Below are positions 9,662 to 18,712 of a stretch of 64,000 nt of DNA, in pieces. The stretch's first letter is position 1. Every line of letters begins with the position of its first letter. Under the pieces are notes generated by a model. It was not told where the DNA came from. It saw nothing but the letters and a program-made list of their open reading frames with translations, and ran no database searches. The position numbers were made by a program, and so were the translations under genes. This DNA comes from an uncultured Oleiphilus sp. GTDB taxonomy: Bacteria; Pseudomonadota; Gammaproteobacteria; Pseudomonadales; Oleiphilaceae. The stretch is taken from assembly GCA_913020045.1 (NCBI GenBank), contig CAJWBE010000017.1, positions 1,493 through 65,492 of the forward strand. The letters run 5' to 3'.

Positions 9662-11772
9662 GGAGCCTCCTCCAGCGCTGAATCCGCCGACTGAGCCTCA
9701 GCCTTACTTTGAGCTGGAGGTAACGAGATGTTTGGTGAACTCTCTTCTCCAACAGATAATTCTTGGTCATCTCGATAAATAGAGTCTGCAATGCGTGCCT
9801 GTGCATGACGTGACGCCAAACGGTAACGACTTACCTCACCCGACTGTCTTCCAAGCTCCTCGCGCACCTGCGTCAAAAGTCTCTCGCGCACGTTAGCCAA
9901 GCCTAGCGCCAACTGCTGTCTAATTTCAGTCAATCTACTTTTTGCGCTATCGACCCGGGCAACCAATGCATGTTGGAAGGAATTATTCGCCAACTCGCTT
10001 TTTAGCTTGGCATGACGAAGTACGAACTCCTCCATCGAACGACCCAACTGCTTCAGTTCTGATTGTGCAGCCCAACGGTTAACGCCGTACCGGTCAGCGA
10101 TCCACCAGGTAAAGTACCCTTCGATTCTTGACAGTTTTTGTTCATATTCAATTTTATCTTCATCGTTTGACAATACAGAGAGGGTTTGTCTAACATTGCG
10201 GATCTGTTGAGCAAATTCCATCTGGGCTTCATCCATGAAAAACTCAATATTCTCTTCCGCTAAAGCCGCGTTAATAACTTTTTCATAAGCACTCTGCTGC
10301 TCTATCCAATGAGCCGCCTGCTGCGCCTCCAGCTCTTTTTCGACCACTCGTAAACGCTCATTACGCTGCGTTTCACGCGTTTCCAGCATCAATTCAAACG
10401 ACGCCAAGCGCTTATCCCACACAGACAAAGAATCCCCTAGCTTGTAGAGTTCATGCAAGTCTCGCAAGCCCCACTGGAAACGCTCGCCCGATAATAGTTC
10501 AGCAATACTGAAATCCGACGGATACACATTGATACGCCCATAAGCATCGTTTTCAACATGGCCGGCGCCAAGTTGCAATTCGCGGCTGCCCATGACTGTT
10601 TCGTTAGTCTGATCGTCATCAATAAGAGCGCTAGCGTCAGCCTCAACATTTGGGGTCGCTATCGCCAGCAGTAACTTTTCCTCGTTGAGTTCACTTTGCT
10701 GCTGCAATAGTTGTTCTAGCTGCAAATCATAGTGCGCCCCAGCACTTTGATAAGCTTGCAGCGCCAAACTTGGCTCGCCCATTTGCTCATATAGATAGGC
10801 CAGTGCATAAGGCACCTGCTGCAACCAAGGCGTAAACAAGTAGGTATCGCGCAAACGATTCAAAGCCGACAGCGCTAACGAGTATTCTTTGTTATGCGCC
10901 ATAGCAACGGCATAATTAAATAAGGCTTGCTCGGAGAACGGACTATCAAAAGAAACCTTTTTAAGATGTCCGGCCGCCCGAGAGTAATCTTTCCCTTCAA
11001 GGCAGAGTTGACCTAGCGTTAGGCGAATACGGTCACCTAACAAGTCTCGCTCGCGCTTGTCTTCATCCGACTCAAGAGAAAGCGTTTTCAAAGACGCTAA
11101 TAGCTTTTCTAAACTCTCACGTGAGCCCACCTCATTAACTTGATTAGGCTCTGTCAGTAAGGCTTGGTTATAGCGTATGTAAACACTAAACAAGGAGTTT
11201 TCGGGGAAGGAGTCGATCCCAAGCGCATTAAGATCATGAACGCCTGGACTTTTCAGCTTCAGTTGAGCCCTGAGATAAACAAGCTCTTCGGCGTTTTCCG
11301 GGCTGTCGTCAGCTAATTGCTCTAGATCCAAGCGTGAGAATGCAGCCTCTGCCGAGCTGAAATCCTGCGCTAAATAATGAACCTTACCTAGGTAAAACCA
11401 AGCTTGGTTTCGAACGCCCGCCGGCACGCGTGCTTCAAGCTCTTCGGCTAATACTGACTCAAAGTGTGACTGCGCTTCATTGACCATACCGTAAGCCAGG
11501 AGAAGACCACCCTCTACCAGCAGAGGGTGATCCGCATGTCCTTTAATTCCGCCGCGTTCTTTTGCGACATTCAGTAGAGTCAGTGCTTCAAATGATTGCC
11601 CCTGGTAATAGTGGAACAATGCCTCACCGTACAAGAGGTCTTTCGCTTGTGCTGGGTAGTCAATGTCAGCCTGGGCGCTCTGCAACCCCAACGCCGCGCC
11701 CAACAAAACACAGGGTAAGCACCTACGTCTTATGCGCCAACAAATCTGTCTAATCGTTTGTCCGATCACCAT
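9658..11772 (-). CDS. Periplasmic TPR plus coiled-coil protein (about 704 aa)
   Basis: It has a signal peptide (CVLLGAALGLQSAQA) and N-terminal TPR-like repeats. The C-terminal third is long heptad-like helices (LEAQQAAHWIEQQSAYEKVINAAL...). I prefer the ATG at 11772, 7 nt after the upstream stop; the track start is 11820. Confidence 0.7.
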   Translation of the reverse strand: MVIGQTIRQICWRIRRRCLPCVLLGAALGLQSAQADIDYPAQAKDLLYGEALFHYYQGQSFEALTLLNVAKERGGIKGHADHPLLVEGGLLLAYGMVNEAQSHFESVLAEELEARVPAGVRNQAWFYLGKVHYLAQDFSSAEAAFSRLDLEQLADDSPENAEELVYLRAQLKLKSPGVHDLNALGIDSFPENSLFSVYIRYNQALLTEPNQVNEVGSRESLEKLLASLKTLSLESDEDKRERDLLGDRIRLTLGQLCLEGKDYSRAAGHLKKVSFDSPFSEQALFNYAVAMAHNKEYSLALSALNRLRDTYLFTPWLQQVPYALAYLYEQMGEPSLALQAYQSAGAHYDLQLEQLLQQQSELNEEKLLLAIATPNVEADASALIDDDQTNETVMGSRELQLGAGHVENDAYGRINVYPSDFSIAELLSGERFQWGLRDLHELYKLGDSLSVWDKRLASFELMLETRETQRNERLRVVEKELEAQQAAHWIEQQSAYEKVINAALAEENIEFFMDEAQMEFAQQIRNVRQTLSVLSNDEDKIEYEQKLSRIEGYFTWWIADRYGVNRWAAQSELKQLGRSMEEFVLRHAKLKSELANNSFQHALVARVDSAKSRLTEIRQQLALGLANVRERLLTQVREELGRQSGEVSRYRLASRHAQARIADSIYRDDQELSVGEESSPNISLPPAQSKAEAQSADSALEEAP

Positions 11773-11779
11773 AGTTGGA

Positions 11780-12433
11780 TTAATCCCACTCGACGATGCT
11801 GACATGAGGTTGATAATCATTTGACTGATCTCTCACCCGAATTTCGAGCGCTTTTAAGTCGGTACCCTTTTCGAAACTCAAGGAGGCTGCCTTCTTATAA
11901 TGACGACTATCCGGACCCAGCCCTTCTACAAAAACCGTCACTTCATGATCACCCGTTTTCAAATTCCCCATGTGCAAGCGCTGCATGCCGCCACGATGGA
12001 GTGCCTTGGTTTGACGATCTGTATACAAGTGCGTCGCAACGACCTCATCATCCAATTTTAATTTGACGCTATCCAAGCGCAGGAACTGACCGGTGTCCAC
12101 GCTCAAAAATACAGAAAACTGCGTATTGGCAGGGAACAATAAATCTTCTTCTAGGATAAATAAGTCACGATTAAGTCGAATAACTTTCTTCTTCAACTCT
12201 TCTAAACTCAGTGCTACTGGCTGGGTTTGATCAATTTCAGTCTCAGCATTAAGGTTTTCATCGTTAGCTACTGCAGCGCCCGCGAGCTCCGCACTATCGG
12301 CGACTGTCTCAGAGTTTTGTAAAGGGTTTTGTGGTGGCTCTTGCGCGAAACTACTGCTTGCCAATCCTAACAAGCAAATAAAGACGCCTTTAGACCAGCA
12401 AGAAACAAGGTGATGAGGATGCGTAATTTTCAT
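11780..12433 (-). CDS. Periplasmic protein, unknown function (about 217 aa)
   Basis: It has a signal peptide (VFICLLGLASSSFAQ), an acidic linker and a beta-rich C-terminal domain. The ATG at 12433 has AGGA upstream; the track start is 12484. Confidence 0.55.
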   Translation of the reverse strand: MKITHPHHLVSCWSKGVFICLLGLASSSFAQEPPQNPLQNSETVADSAELAGAAVANDENLNAETEIDQTQPVALSLEELKKKVIRLNRDLFILEEDLLFPANTQFSVFLSVDTGQFLRLDSVKLKLDDEVVATHLYTDRQTKALHRGGMQRLHMGNLKTGDHEVTVFVEGLGPDSRHYKKAASLSFEKGTDLKALEIRVRDQSNDYQPHVSIVEWD

Positions 12434-12447
12434 GTGCAATGGTCCTG

Positions 12448-13629
12448 TTAAAATTCCACTATGAGTGACGTACGCGTCACCCATGCATCAAATTGATATA
12501 GGGGCTCGTCGCCCGGCAGAAAACTACCTTCCGCCGTGACGTCTCGAAAGTTTTCGTATTGGTAGTCTAGGTAATCTCCCTGCAAGCTGAATTGCATGCG
12601 CTTAACAAAGGGGATAACACCTTGCTTAATTTCATAACTTACGCCAAAACCAATGGTCGTACCGTCATAGGTACTAAGCTCTTTATCTCTACCATAATGA
12701 GTTTGTGAATTTGCGAACGGAAATAAATCGGAATAAAACTCAGCTTGATCTTGGGTGTATAGACGATAGCTCACCTCAAATATCCAGCTCTCTTGAAAAG
12801 CATGGCTGTAGGCAATGTCATAGGTGTGGGACTGAATATCCCAGCTATCGTTAAAATATCGATACTCTGCTTTTATTGAGGCGCGATACGGCAAGTAATA
12901 CATTCCACGTAAACCAAACGCTGTACTCGTTCGCGTGTCGGGATAGTTTTCTTCCTGTACCAAAAAATTTGTTGCATCACCGGGGTCGATAAAGCGATTA
13001 GATCGATAAGGGTTTTCTAATTTTCCTTCATCCGTAATGACATCAACATCTAGTCCAATAATGGCATTTTTGGTGAGTACTTGAGTCACGCCTAACTTGT
13101 AGTTCTGTCGATTCGCTTCTTCAAATTCGCTCCGGTCCTGGTCCCGCTTACCCACATCATCCCAGCCTCTCGCATACGCTAACGAAAGTGAGGTGAGGTC
13201 GCCAAAAAAATCTTGCGCAATGCCAAAGTAAGCAGTGTTCGCTTCGTAATCGTTTTCCGAACTATTAGTATAGCCCGCACTTAGAATCGCTTTTTCATAT
13301 AGAAAGTCGACACCGCCGCTCATCTCGGTACGCTCTTCTTCGTACTCGCTCGCTCCGGAGGCGATGACATCGACAGACGCCGCCGAAATCGAATCAACGT
13401 AATGGTGCCCTGTCACGGAGACTTGAGGACCAATACTCTTTCGAACCAACAGCGACGGGCCATTAATTTTCATGCCACCGCCATCATAGTTGTGATACAT
13501 CAAATCCACAGAGTCAGGAGGCAGTGTTGCTCCAGACACGAAACTAGAGGCAACGAGCGTCCCAACGAGGGCGCCACACAGTGACAAAGCCCGGACAGTC
13601 AGTCGAGATGAGACAGCTTGCTTGAGCAC
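12448..13629 (-). CDS. DUF3570-like outer-membrane beta-barrel protein
   Basis: It has a signal peptide and alternating beta-strand patterns, and it ends with ...RTSLIVEF (C-terminal Phe beta-signal). Position next to DUF4266 and TlpA matches the trio I know. The GTG at 13629 lies 1 nt after the DUF4266 stop; the track start is 13722. Confidence 0.65.
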   Translation of the reverse strand: MLKQAVSSRLTVRALSLCGALVGTLVASSFVSGATLPPDSVDLMYHNYDGGGMKINGPSLLVRKSIGPQVSVTGHHYVDSISAASVDVIASGASEYEEERTEMSGGVDFLYEKAILSAGYTNSSENDYEANTAYFGIAQDFFGDLTSLSLAYARGWDDVGKRDQDRSEFEEANRQNYKLGVTQVLTKNAIIGLDVDVITDEGKLENPYRSNRFIDPGDATNFLVQEENYPDTRTSTAFGLRGMYYLPYRASIKAEYRYFNDSWDIQSHTYDIAYSHAFQESWIFEVSYRLYTQDQAEFYSDLFPFANSQTHYGRDKELSTYDGTTIGFGVSYEIKQGVIPFVKRMQFSLQGDYLDYQYENFRDVTAEGSFLPGDEPLYQFDAWVTRTSLIVEF

Positions 13630-13630
13630 C

Positions 13631-13867
13631 CTAGTTACAACCACAACCACCTCCCGTTCCACCTTCGGCACCGCGGGCACCTTCACGCGCTTGATATACG
13701 TGATGCATATAGGTATCGGCAAAGCCGTTTCGGCTGAGGCTCATAATAGGGTCTGCCAGGTTGTCCCGCTCGTAAGGTTTTACCCAGGGTTTAAAGTCCG
13801 CACAGGCAACGCCCATCGTAGACAACAGTGCAATAACAACAAATCTAGTCAGTAAGCGGATCTTCAT
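13631..13867 (-). CDS. DUF4266-like small lipoprotein
   Basis: MKIRLL...LSTMGVAC lipobox. The C-terminus ...GGTGGGCGCN is the distinctive glycine/cysteine tail of DUF4266. Confidence 0.7.
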   Translation of the reverse strand: MKIRLLTRFVVIALLSTMGVACADFKPWVKPYERDNLADPIMSLSRNGFADTYMHHVYQAREGARGAEGGTGGGCGCN

Positions 13868-13890
13868 GTGGCAACCTTTCAAAATCATTC

Positions 13891-14406
13891 TTATTCGCGA
13901 ATCAATGTTTTAACTTGCTTAGCATAGTCATCTTCATAACCAGGCTTGTAACCCCTGTGCATAAACCGACGATTCCCATTTCGATCAATCATAATGGTCG
14001 TCGGCATCGCATCCACGTCATATAACTCGCTGATTCGGCTCTCGTTATCGTAAAGAATAGGAAATGTAACCGGCACCGCATCTAAAAAGCGGTCTGCATC
14101 TGACGAGTCTTCGTCCACGTTGACAGCCAAAATGGTAAAACCGAACTTACTGTATTTTTTATAGATGTCATCCATTAGCGGCATTTCTTGACGACAAGGC
14201 CCGCACCAAGAAGCCCAAAAGTTCAGCATGACGACTTCGCCGCGTAAATCCTCTAAACGAACATTCGCGCCCTCTTTGTTTTTCAAGGTAAAGTCAGGTG
14301 CTAGCCCTTCCACTTCGTTTGCACTGATCACCGTACTCGTTAGTAATACTGCTGCCACCAGACTCCGCCATGTAAAACCAAATAGTCTATTCACAATAAT
14401 GTTCAT
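13891..14406 (-). CDS. TlpA/ResA/DsbE-family periplasmic thiol:disulfide oxidoreductase
   Basis: It has a signal peptide. APDFTLKNKEGANVRLEDLRGEVVMLNFWASWCGPCRQEMP contains the WCGPC thioredoxin active site. Confidence 0.9.
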   Translation of the reverse strand: MNIIVNRLFGFTWRSLVAAVLLTSTVISANEVEGLAPDFTLKNKEGANVRLEDLRGEVVMLNFWASWCGPCRQEMPLMDDIYKKYSKFGFTILAVNVDEDSSDADRFLDAVPVTFPILYDNESRISELYDVDAMPTTIMIDRNGNRRFMHRGYKPGYEDDYAKQVKTLIRE

Positions 14407-14480
14407 TCTCTGTATCCCTCTTAACGAATAATGTCTGCATTACTTGTTTGCCGACACACGGCTTAAATTGTTTACGTCAC

Positions 14481-15125
14481 CTAAAAGAAAAAAGATAAAC
14501 CAGTACTTAGCTCTGTATTCATACTGGTTTTGGTTTCTCCCAACACATCAATATCGTAAAAATGCTCGCGAAATGTCACATGCATCGCTAACCAATCATT
14601 GACCAGCACCTGATACCCAGCACCCGCCATCGCCGTGAAGCGATTATCGCCAGCAAAATCAGTGGCGCCCGCACCACCGATCAAGTAAAAGTTGGTGTTG
14701 AACGCATAGGTGTCGCCAGAAAAAGGGCCTTTTAAAAACGCCTCACCAGGAAGAATATTGTAGCCAAATGCAACATTGTAAAACCGGTATTCACGGTCCT
14801 CGTCCGACAGAAGCTCAACATTACCAGCCAGCTTTTCAAAGCTAGTTTCTCCGCCCTCAGCTAGGCCAAGATTGGCTTCCAAAAAGAACGACTCAGTCAA
14901 GTGATACGCAACTCGCACGCCATAAAGCATTGAAGACTCGAAGTCTTCAATATTAATCACCCCACCAAACACACCCAATTCGAAGTTTTCTGTATCAATT
15001 AATGATTCATCAACTTTCTGTGGTCGCACATCGGGCTCTATGAGCGGTTTAACCTCTTCTGCGGACGCGGCCATAGCCCCTATCGCCAAAAAGAAAGACA
15101 GCACACCACGACATAAGTGAGGCAT
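14481..15125 (-). CDS. Small outer-membrane beta-barrel protein (about 214 aa)
   Basis: It has a signal peptide (VLSFFLAIGAMAASA), alternating hydrophobic strands and the terminal ...STGLSFFF. The ATG at 15125 shares one base with the upstream TAA (TAATG). Confidence 0.7.
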   Translation of the reverse strand: MPHLCRGVLSFFLAIGAMAASAEEVKPLIEPDVRPQKVDESLIDTENFELGVFGGVINIEDFESSMLYGVRVAYHLTESFFLEANLGLAEGGETSFEKLAGNVELLSDEDREYRFYNVAFGYNILPGEAFLKGPFSGDTYAFNTNFYLIGGAGATDFAGDNRFTAMAGAGYQVLVNDWLAMHVTFREHFYDIDVLGETKTSMNTELSTGLSFFF

Positions 15126-15898
15126 TAAAAAAATACGCTTAGTCCTAATTTCCATTCTGTTGCTTCTTCATTAGATTCTTCGTTAGTAAAAACTTTATAG
15201 TCATTCACTTCGAGGCGAACAAAAAAACGATCGCTGACATAACAACGCATGCCGATTCCTGCGTGGGCCATCGAGTTAATACTGTTATCGACACTCAGCA
15301 ATGTTGCTTTGGGTTTTATCTTGATCTGCCCGCCACCTATTCTAAAGAATGGAGAGAAGCGCCACTGAGGAAAGGGCTGATGAACAAGCGCCGCACTGAG
15401 CATTTGTATTTCGGAACTGTTTCCTAAAATCTGTGACACGGATAATTCCGCGGATAAATTTGCGGTCATCCAATAGCCCAAATAACCCGAATTAACGGCG
15501 GTGCTGTCGAATTCACCCATCTGCAAACCCGACTCCCAGCGGCGCGTTCTGAAGTCGTCAAACCTAGGCTCTGTAATCGAGACCGTGTCTCCCGTCGCGT
15601 CCTCGGTAAGCAATAAGTCATCAATCGATACCCAGCCCAAGCGGCCTTTCGCATCGCTGACCTTCATCCAATCAGTTTTACGCTTAAGCAGAGTTAGCCA
15701 TTCACCTTTTTCGCTCGTGTGAATAACGGGAAACCCCTGTGCTGGACCGGAACGGAAGTCAATAAACGGTTCTGCCACTCTCACCTGCTGAGTATTGGAG
15801 TCCGCAACCCAAAACTTCCACCAGTCGTCAGCAGCCGCCTCAAGCGACAGCATGCTAAACAACAATAAACAGATAGAACGTTGTAACAACTTAATCAT
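15125..15898 (-). CDS. SH3-domain plus outer-membrane beta-barrel protein
   Basis: It has a signal peptide and a bacterial SH3-like segment (FIDFRSGPAQGFPVIHTSEKGEWLTLLKRKTDWMKVSDAKGRLGWV). The barrel-like C-terminal half ends ...WKLGLSVFF. Confidence 0.7.
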   Translation of the reverse strand: MIKLLQRSICLLLFSMLSLEAAADDWWKFWVADSNTQQVRVAEPFIDFRSGPAQGFPVIHTSEKGEWLTLLKRKTDWMKVSDAKGRLGWVSIDDLLLTEDATGDTVSITEPRFDDFRTRRWESGLQMGEFDSTAVNSGYLGYWMTANLSAELSVSQILGNSSEIQMLSAALVHQPFPQWRFSPFFRIGGGQIKIKPKATLLSVDNSINSMAHAGIGMRCYVSDRFFVRLEVNDYKVFTNEESNEEATEWKLGLSVFF

Positions 15899-15985
15899 AA
15901 AACCTTTCTACAAAGGGTCACGGGGTAGACACTAAACAAGCTGATTAAACGACTCATCAAGCGACTCAATTCACTTATTAAAATG

Positions 15986-18712
15986 CTAGTTTTCTGGTGC
16001 CAAAAACGGGTTATTCCAGTATTGGGCGCCGATATCTAGCCACTCTGAGATTAACTTTAGCTCAACCCCACTCAAATACCCGTCATGACTGCCGCCATTT
16101 TCAAATAGATTAATAAAATTGGGGCTCGACAGCGCTCCGCCCACTCGCATCGTTGGTGCGACAGGTATTGGTACTGGGTCGAAAATAGGGATTGGGTTCC
16201 CATCGCCGTCCAAAGCTAACTCTCCATCCTCATCAACTTCAAATTCTCCGGTGTCCACTAAGACAATGACGTCCTGTAGAATGCCACCATTAATTTCTTG
16301 CTCATTGTCATTGAACAATAACTCCCGATACGACTTAAAGTGGTCTGCTTCATCAGTGGACGCTCCGTTACTTAAGTCCAGTTGAGCAACGGGAACCATC
16401 GTGGCATCCATGTCATCGACGTCATCATGGCAACTGGTGCATGTGTTATCGGCCAAGACGGTCACCTCATCAACATCAAACACGCGGCGATCAACCTGCC
16501 AGATAGGATGTATGTGTTCAGGGTAGTTGATGGTCAAACGGCATAGGCTGCTACCCAGCAACAAACAGGGGCTGTCTGGCGCAACCGGAGAATTGGAGAG
16601 CAGATCTTCATAAAGGTAAGCGATTGGGTCAGCCTTGGCCGTTACCATCTCATCGGTCCACTCATCCTCATAAACAATATCGGCCGTTAAGTTTCTGACG
16701 CCGTTCACCAAGGCATAAACTTCAGCCATCGTTTCGCCCAAGTCCGCCGACAAACCGGGCTCCGAATTAGGAAAGGCGCCAATGGTCAATGCACCTGGGT
16801 TAATGGTGCTGGGCCCAGCATCAACGCGACCATGCGGCACTTCACTCGCACCTGTATGGCAACCTAAACACTCAATACTCTCTCCAGGCCTAACGGTTAA
16901 CCAGTTTTGGTGACGCTGAGAAGTTCGGCGTCCGTTTTCATCCAATATGCTAATCGCAAATGCCACGTTAGCCGGTACCGTAAATTTAACTGAACCGTCA
17001 GGCTCAACCGGCACATAGCCGAGAATTTCTCGCATAGATTGCGCTCTACTGCGGCCAAAGGCGGTATTCTGAAAGTCATACTCAAACTCACTCGGAATAG
17101 AGACCGGTTTTTCGATTCGCACAAAACGCGCAGGCCGGTCGTCAGCAGACGACAATATTGGGTTCGCGGTATCTGCGGGATTGCCAAGCGGGCTAGTATC
17201 AACACCATCAAAATCGTAAACGCTGCGGATATGAACAACACCTAAACCATCATCAGCTAACGCCGTTGCATCCCCGTCAAGTACTATCGGTTCAATGAAG
17301 TTTGGACTCACGCGTTCTGTCAACACCACAGCCTCATCAAACATTTGCCCTTGTTCAGGAAGTTCAATGGGTCGCTGGGTATCGCCGTCCACAATCCATA
17401 GTCCGTAAAGTGGAGCGGCAGATTCGTAATCGCCCGAGTTAATTTTCTCTTGCGTGCAGATTTCTACTGGATTGTTATTAATGGCATCAGGGTCAGCCAG
17501 ACTCTCGCGAATACGGCAAATACTCCATGAAGCCAAATAACGGTTTGTGCCGTCATATAATGGAAACAGCGACCCATAGTTGCCTTCAAGGCTAGGTTCG
17601 CCAGACGTGTTCACGCCAGACACCACCTCAGACTGCCCTGAACCTGGAAAACCTTGAATCGTTTGATCGGCCTCGACATAGTCGCTCACCGCTATTTGCA
17701 TCGGCTTGCCACTATAGATCTGCGACTCAAACTCTCTCAACTTAACAATAATGTCTCCATTTGGCGCCTCTAAAGGTCGAGAATACTGCACAGCCCCTCC
17801 GTCGCCGGAGTCATGGGAGTGCCTTCCATATAGGTAGTTAAGGCCGGTGCCGTCTGGGTTCACCTCATAAAGGTTCATACCGTTATTACCGGTTTGACCT
17901 GCGTTATCCCAGCGAGAAAATAGAATCTTACCGTTCTGCTGCACGACAGGATTGAGGTCATGACTTTGGTTGAAGGTTATTTGCTCAATGTTACTCCCGC
18001 TCTGCTCTACGACATGCAGCAAAAATGACTCAACATAACGATCACCGTTCAGGTCATTTAAGCGGTCTTCTTCGGTCGCCGCATATTGAGACTTACCTTC
18101 GTCCGTTAGAATCCCTTTGGAAATCTTCTGTCGCGTTGATGAGAAAACGATGCGTCCGTCCGGCAAAAACGCGGGCGAAATATCATGCCCATTTGCTGCG
18201 GTTCCGTCAGTCATGACTTTTGACAGACTCTCGCTCTCCATATCGTAAAGCCACAAGTTCCAGCGTGGTTGAAATTCAGGGTCTATCCCTTCCAGCTCAG
18301 GCGCTCGCATAGAAAATACGAGCTTCGTTCCATCAGGCGAGACGTTTAAATCTCGGACGTCATAATTCGGTTCGCTAAATGCGCTTGAAGAGATATCTTT
18401 CGCCAAGGCATCTGGAGACGAATTCGCTTTGATATATAAACGTGCCCCAGGCCGAAATGTCTGAGGAATACGCAGATCATCCGTTTGCAGTTGATTGGGG
18501 TCATCCTCATCAAACAAAAGCGGTCTTTTGATAAATGCCACTGCCTGATCTGAAATAACAGGGCCAGACGAGCCATCACTGCTACCAAGACTACAAGCAG
18601 ACAATACCAGGGTAACAAGCGCCAGATAGGCACTAAGGCGCAATTTCATCACGAGTTTTTTGTTAATAAATGTTAACTGCAAAATATTCACAAATGGTTT
18701 CCTGTTCCACAT
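15986..18712 (-). CDS. TolB/PD40-like beta-propeller lipoprotein with two CXXCH motifs
   Basis: Lipobox LVLSAC. PD40-type repeats: NVSPDGTKLVFSMR, ISPAFLPDGRIVFSSTR, LNPVVQQNGKILFSRWD. The CXXCH motifs are CLGCH (16844-16870 region) and CTSCH (16427-16441). The start is uncertain: ATG 18712 has GAGG upstream, while ATG 18649 gives a canonical 19-aa lipoprotein signal. Confidence 0.75.
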   Translation of the reverse strand: MWNRKPFVNILQLTFINKKLVMKLRLSAYLALVTLVLSACSLGSSDGSSGPVISDQAVAFIKRPLLFDEDDPNQLQTDDLRIPQTFRPGARLYIKANSSPDALAKDISSSAFSEPNYDVRDLNVSPDGTKLVFSMRAPELEGIDPEFQPRWNLWLYDMESESLSKVMTDGTAANGHDISPAFLPDGRIVFSSTRQKISKGILTDEGKSQYAATEEDRLNDLNGDRYVESFLLHVVEQSGSNIEQITFNQSHDLNPVVQQNGKILFSRWDNAGQTGNNGMNLYEVNPDGTGLNYLYGRHSHDSGDGGAVQYSRPLEAPNGDIIVKLREFESQIYSGKPMQIAVSDYVEADQTIQGFPGSGQSEVVSGVNTSGEPSLEGNYGSLFPLYDGTNRYLASWSICRIRESLADPDAINNNPVEICTQEKINSGDYESAAPLYGLWIVDGDTQRPIELPEQGQMFDEAVVLTERVSPNFIEPIVLDGDATALADDGLGVVHIRSVYDFDGVDTSPLGNPADTANPILSSADDRPARFVRIEKPVSIPSEFEYDFQNTAFGRSRAQSMREILGYVPVEPDGSVKFTVPANVAFAISILDENGRRTSQRHQNWLTVRPGESIECLGCHTGASEVPHGRVDAGPSTINPGALTIGAFPNSEPGLSADLGETMAEVYALVNGVRNLTADIVYEDEWTDEMVTAKADPIAYLYEDLLSNSPVAPDSPCLLLGSSLCRLTINYPEHIHPIWQVDRRVFDVDEVTVLADNTCTSCHDDVDDMDATMVPVAQLDLSNGASTDEADHFKSYRELLFNDNEQEINGGILQDVIVLVDTGEFEVDEDGELALDGDGNPIPIFDPVPIPVAPTMRVGGALSSPNFINLFENGGSHDGYLSGVELKLISEWLDIGAQYWNNPFLAPEN

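Noticed and set aside
16119-18633. Several 60-115-aa ORFs on both strands inside the PD40/CXXCH gene (16119-16385, 16897-17241, 17039-17245, 18025-18216, 18346-18633).
   Set aside because: They are nested within a long ORF that has clear domain content, and they have no independent signals.
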